A stretch of DNA of 38,139 nucleotides, taken from NCBI GenBank assembly GCA_025449725.1, contig JANWIU010000043.1, forward strand, positions 1 through 38,139, given 5' to 3'. Below are positions 36,547 through 38,139 of this stretch, in pieces. Below the pieces are notes generated by a model. That model searched no databases and was not told the DNA's origin. It saw nothing but the letters and a program-made list of their open reading frames with translations. This DNA comes from Pseudobdellovibrio sp. (lineage in GTDB: Bacteria; Bdellovibrionota; Bdellovibrionia; Bdellovibrionales; Bdellovibrionaceae). Position 1 is the first letter of the stretch; each line of letters starts with the position of its first letter. The position numbers and the translations under genes were made by a program.

Positions 36547-38139
36547 TGGAAGCACTGTTTTTGTTCGCTAAACGATTTGAAAAATACACCAAGAACACGG
36601 ACTTGTTCATTGCGTTTGGTGTATTAGCAATTATCGGAGTGATGATCATTCCTCTTCCGGCATTTATGCTGGATATCTCGTTAACTTTTTCTTTAGCACT
36701 GAGCTTATTGATCCTTTTAACTTCAATTTACGTTAATAAAACCTTAGACTTCTCTTCTTTCCCGTCATTGTTACTGATGACGACTTTATTCCGTCTGGCA
36801 TTGAACGTGGCAACGACACGTTTGATTCTTTCTCATGGCCATGAGGGTGCACACGCTGCCGGTGGCGTTATTCAGGCTTTTGCAAACGTTATTGTAGGAA
36901 ACAATTACGTTATCGGATTTATTATCTTCGCAATTTTGGTTGTTATTAACTTCGTGGTGATCACCAAAGGTTCGGGACGCGTTGCCGAAGTAGCTGCACG
37001 TTTCACATTAGATGCAATGCCGGGTAAACAGATGTCAATCGATGCCGAGCTAAATGCCGGTGCGATTACAGAGGTTGAAGCCCGCAAGCGCAGAAAAGAA
37101 ATCGAACAAGAAGCAGATTTTTACGGGGCTATGGACGGTGCCAGCAAGTTCGTTCGCGGTGACGCTATTGCCGGTATTATAATTACTGTTATCAACATTG
37201 TCGGTGGTCTTTTGATCGGAGTTCTGCAAAAGAATCTTGATCTAACGACTGCAGCCAAAAACTACACCATGTTAACCATCGGTGATGGCTTACTGGCGCA
37301 GATTCCAGCACTTATCATATCGACTGCAGCCGGTATTATTGTTACCCGCAGTAGCAGTGGCGAAAACATGGGTGCGGAAGTAACCGGACAGTTATTTGTT
37401 AACCCGCGTGCGATTTACATTACCGGCGGCGTATTAGCGGTTTTGGCTTTGATTCCTGGTTTGCCAACGATTCCATTCCTGACGATGGGTGGAGCATTAG
37501 GTGCATTTGCATGGGTTATCGGTCAATACAAAGCTGAGGAAATTGAAAACGTTAAGAAAAAAGCAGACGCAGAACTTCTGGCGCCGAAAAAAGAAAGCGT
37601 CGAAAGTATGTTGCCTTTGGACATGCTAGAACTTGAAGTGGGTTACGGTCTGATTAATGTAGTTGATTCTTCTAAATCCGGCGACTTACTTGAGCGTATT
37701 GCCTCTATTAGAAAACAATTTGCTTTGGATCTGGGAATAGTAGTTCCAAGCGTTCACATCCGTGACAATCTTCAATTGGCTCCGGGCGAATACCGCCTAC
37801 TGGTAAAAGGAAACAAAGTCGGCGGCGGAATGTTACGTTCTGACGCTCTATTGGCGATGGACCCGGGACAGGTTTCAGGAAAAGTGGACGGCGTTCCTAC
37901 AAAAGAACCTGCATTTGGTTTGGACGCTCTTTGGATTTCTCCTAGCCAGCGCGAAAAAGCCGAATTAGTCGGTTACACCGTTGTTGATCTTCCTACTGTA
38001 ATGGCAACTCATATTACAGAATTGATCCGTACACATGCTCACGAGTTACTGGGTCGTCAGGAAGCGGCAACGCTGATTGATAATTTCAAGAAAACTCACC
38101 CGAAAGTGGTTGAAGATTTAATTCCGGATGCATTAAGCC
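36546..38139 (+). CDS. flhA: Flagellar export gate protein FlhA (runs off the window end)
   Basis: ATG overlaps the flhB TAA. Translation gives MEALFLFAKRFEKYTKNTDL..., FSSFPSLLL, TKGSGRVAEVAARFTLDAMPGKQMSIDAEL, FYGAMDGASKFVRGDA. Absent from the ORF track because there is no stop in the window. Confidence 0.97.
   Translation, partial: MEALFLFAKRFEKYTKNTDLFIAFGVLAIIGVMIIPLPAFMLDISLTFSLALSLLILLTSIYVNKTLDFSSFPSLLLMTTLFRLALNVATTRLILSHGHEGAHAAGGVIQAFANVIVGNNYVIGFIIFAILVVINFVVITKGSGRVAEVAARFTLDAMPGKQMSIDAELNAGAITEVEARKRRKEIEQEADFYGAMDGASKFVRGDAIAGIIITVINIVGGLLIGVLQKNLDLTTAAKNYTMLTIGDGLLAQIPALIISTAAGIIVTRSSSGENMGAEVTGQLFVNPRAIYITGGVLAVLALIPGLPTIPFLTMGGALGAFAWVIGQYKAEEIENVKKKADAELLAPKKESVESMLPLDMLELEVGYGLINVVDSSKSGDLLERIASIRKQFALDLGIVVPSVHIRDNLQLAPGEYRLLVKGNKVGGGMLRSDALLAMDPGQVSGKVDGVPTKEPAFGLDALWISPSQREKAELVGYTVVDLPTVMATHITELIRTHAHELLGRQEAATLIDNFKKTHPKVVEDLIPDALS

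Overview
Chromosomal segment from a flagellated predatory bacterium, most likely Bdellovibrionaceae (inferred from protein sequences, gene order and roughly 40-43% GC by eye). Flagellar genes sit at both ends. On the left are flgN(partial)-flgK-flgL and csrA-fliW (sigma28-type promoter), interrupted by two tandem eukaryote-like alkaline ceramidase genes. On the right is a sigma54-driven fliL-M-N-O-P-Q-R-flhB-flhA(partial) operon. Between them are a full-length MRP/ABCC-type ABC exporter, rmuC, menA-menC-menE, an MBL hydrolase, a class A PBP, two DUF507 genes, a GroES with a histone-H1-like Lys/Ala tail, an outer-membrane beta-barrel, a LysR regulator with a divergent secreted double-EthD-like protein, KamA, EamA, uvrD/pcrA broken by one in-frame TAA, a SPOR protein and suhB. 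The most striking unexplained signal is a long intergenic inverted-repeat element (20050-20402). The adjacent LysR gene shows an extreme, distance-decaying, strand-specific codon bias, with all two-fold degenerate codons ending in A or C over about 175 codons. This pattern resembles single-strand deamination radiating from the element.
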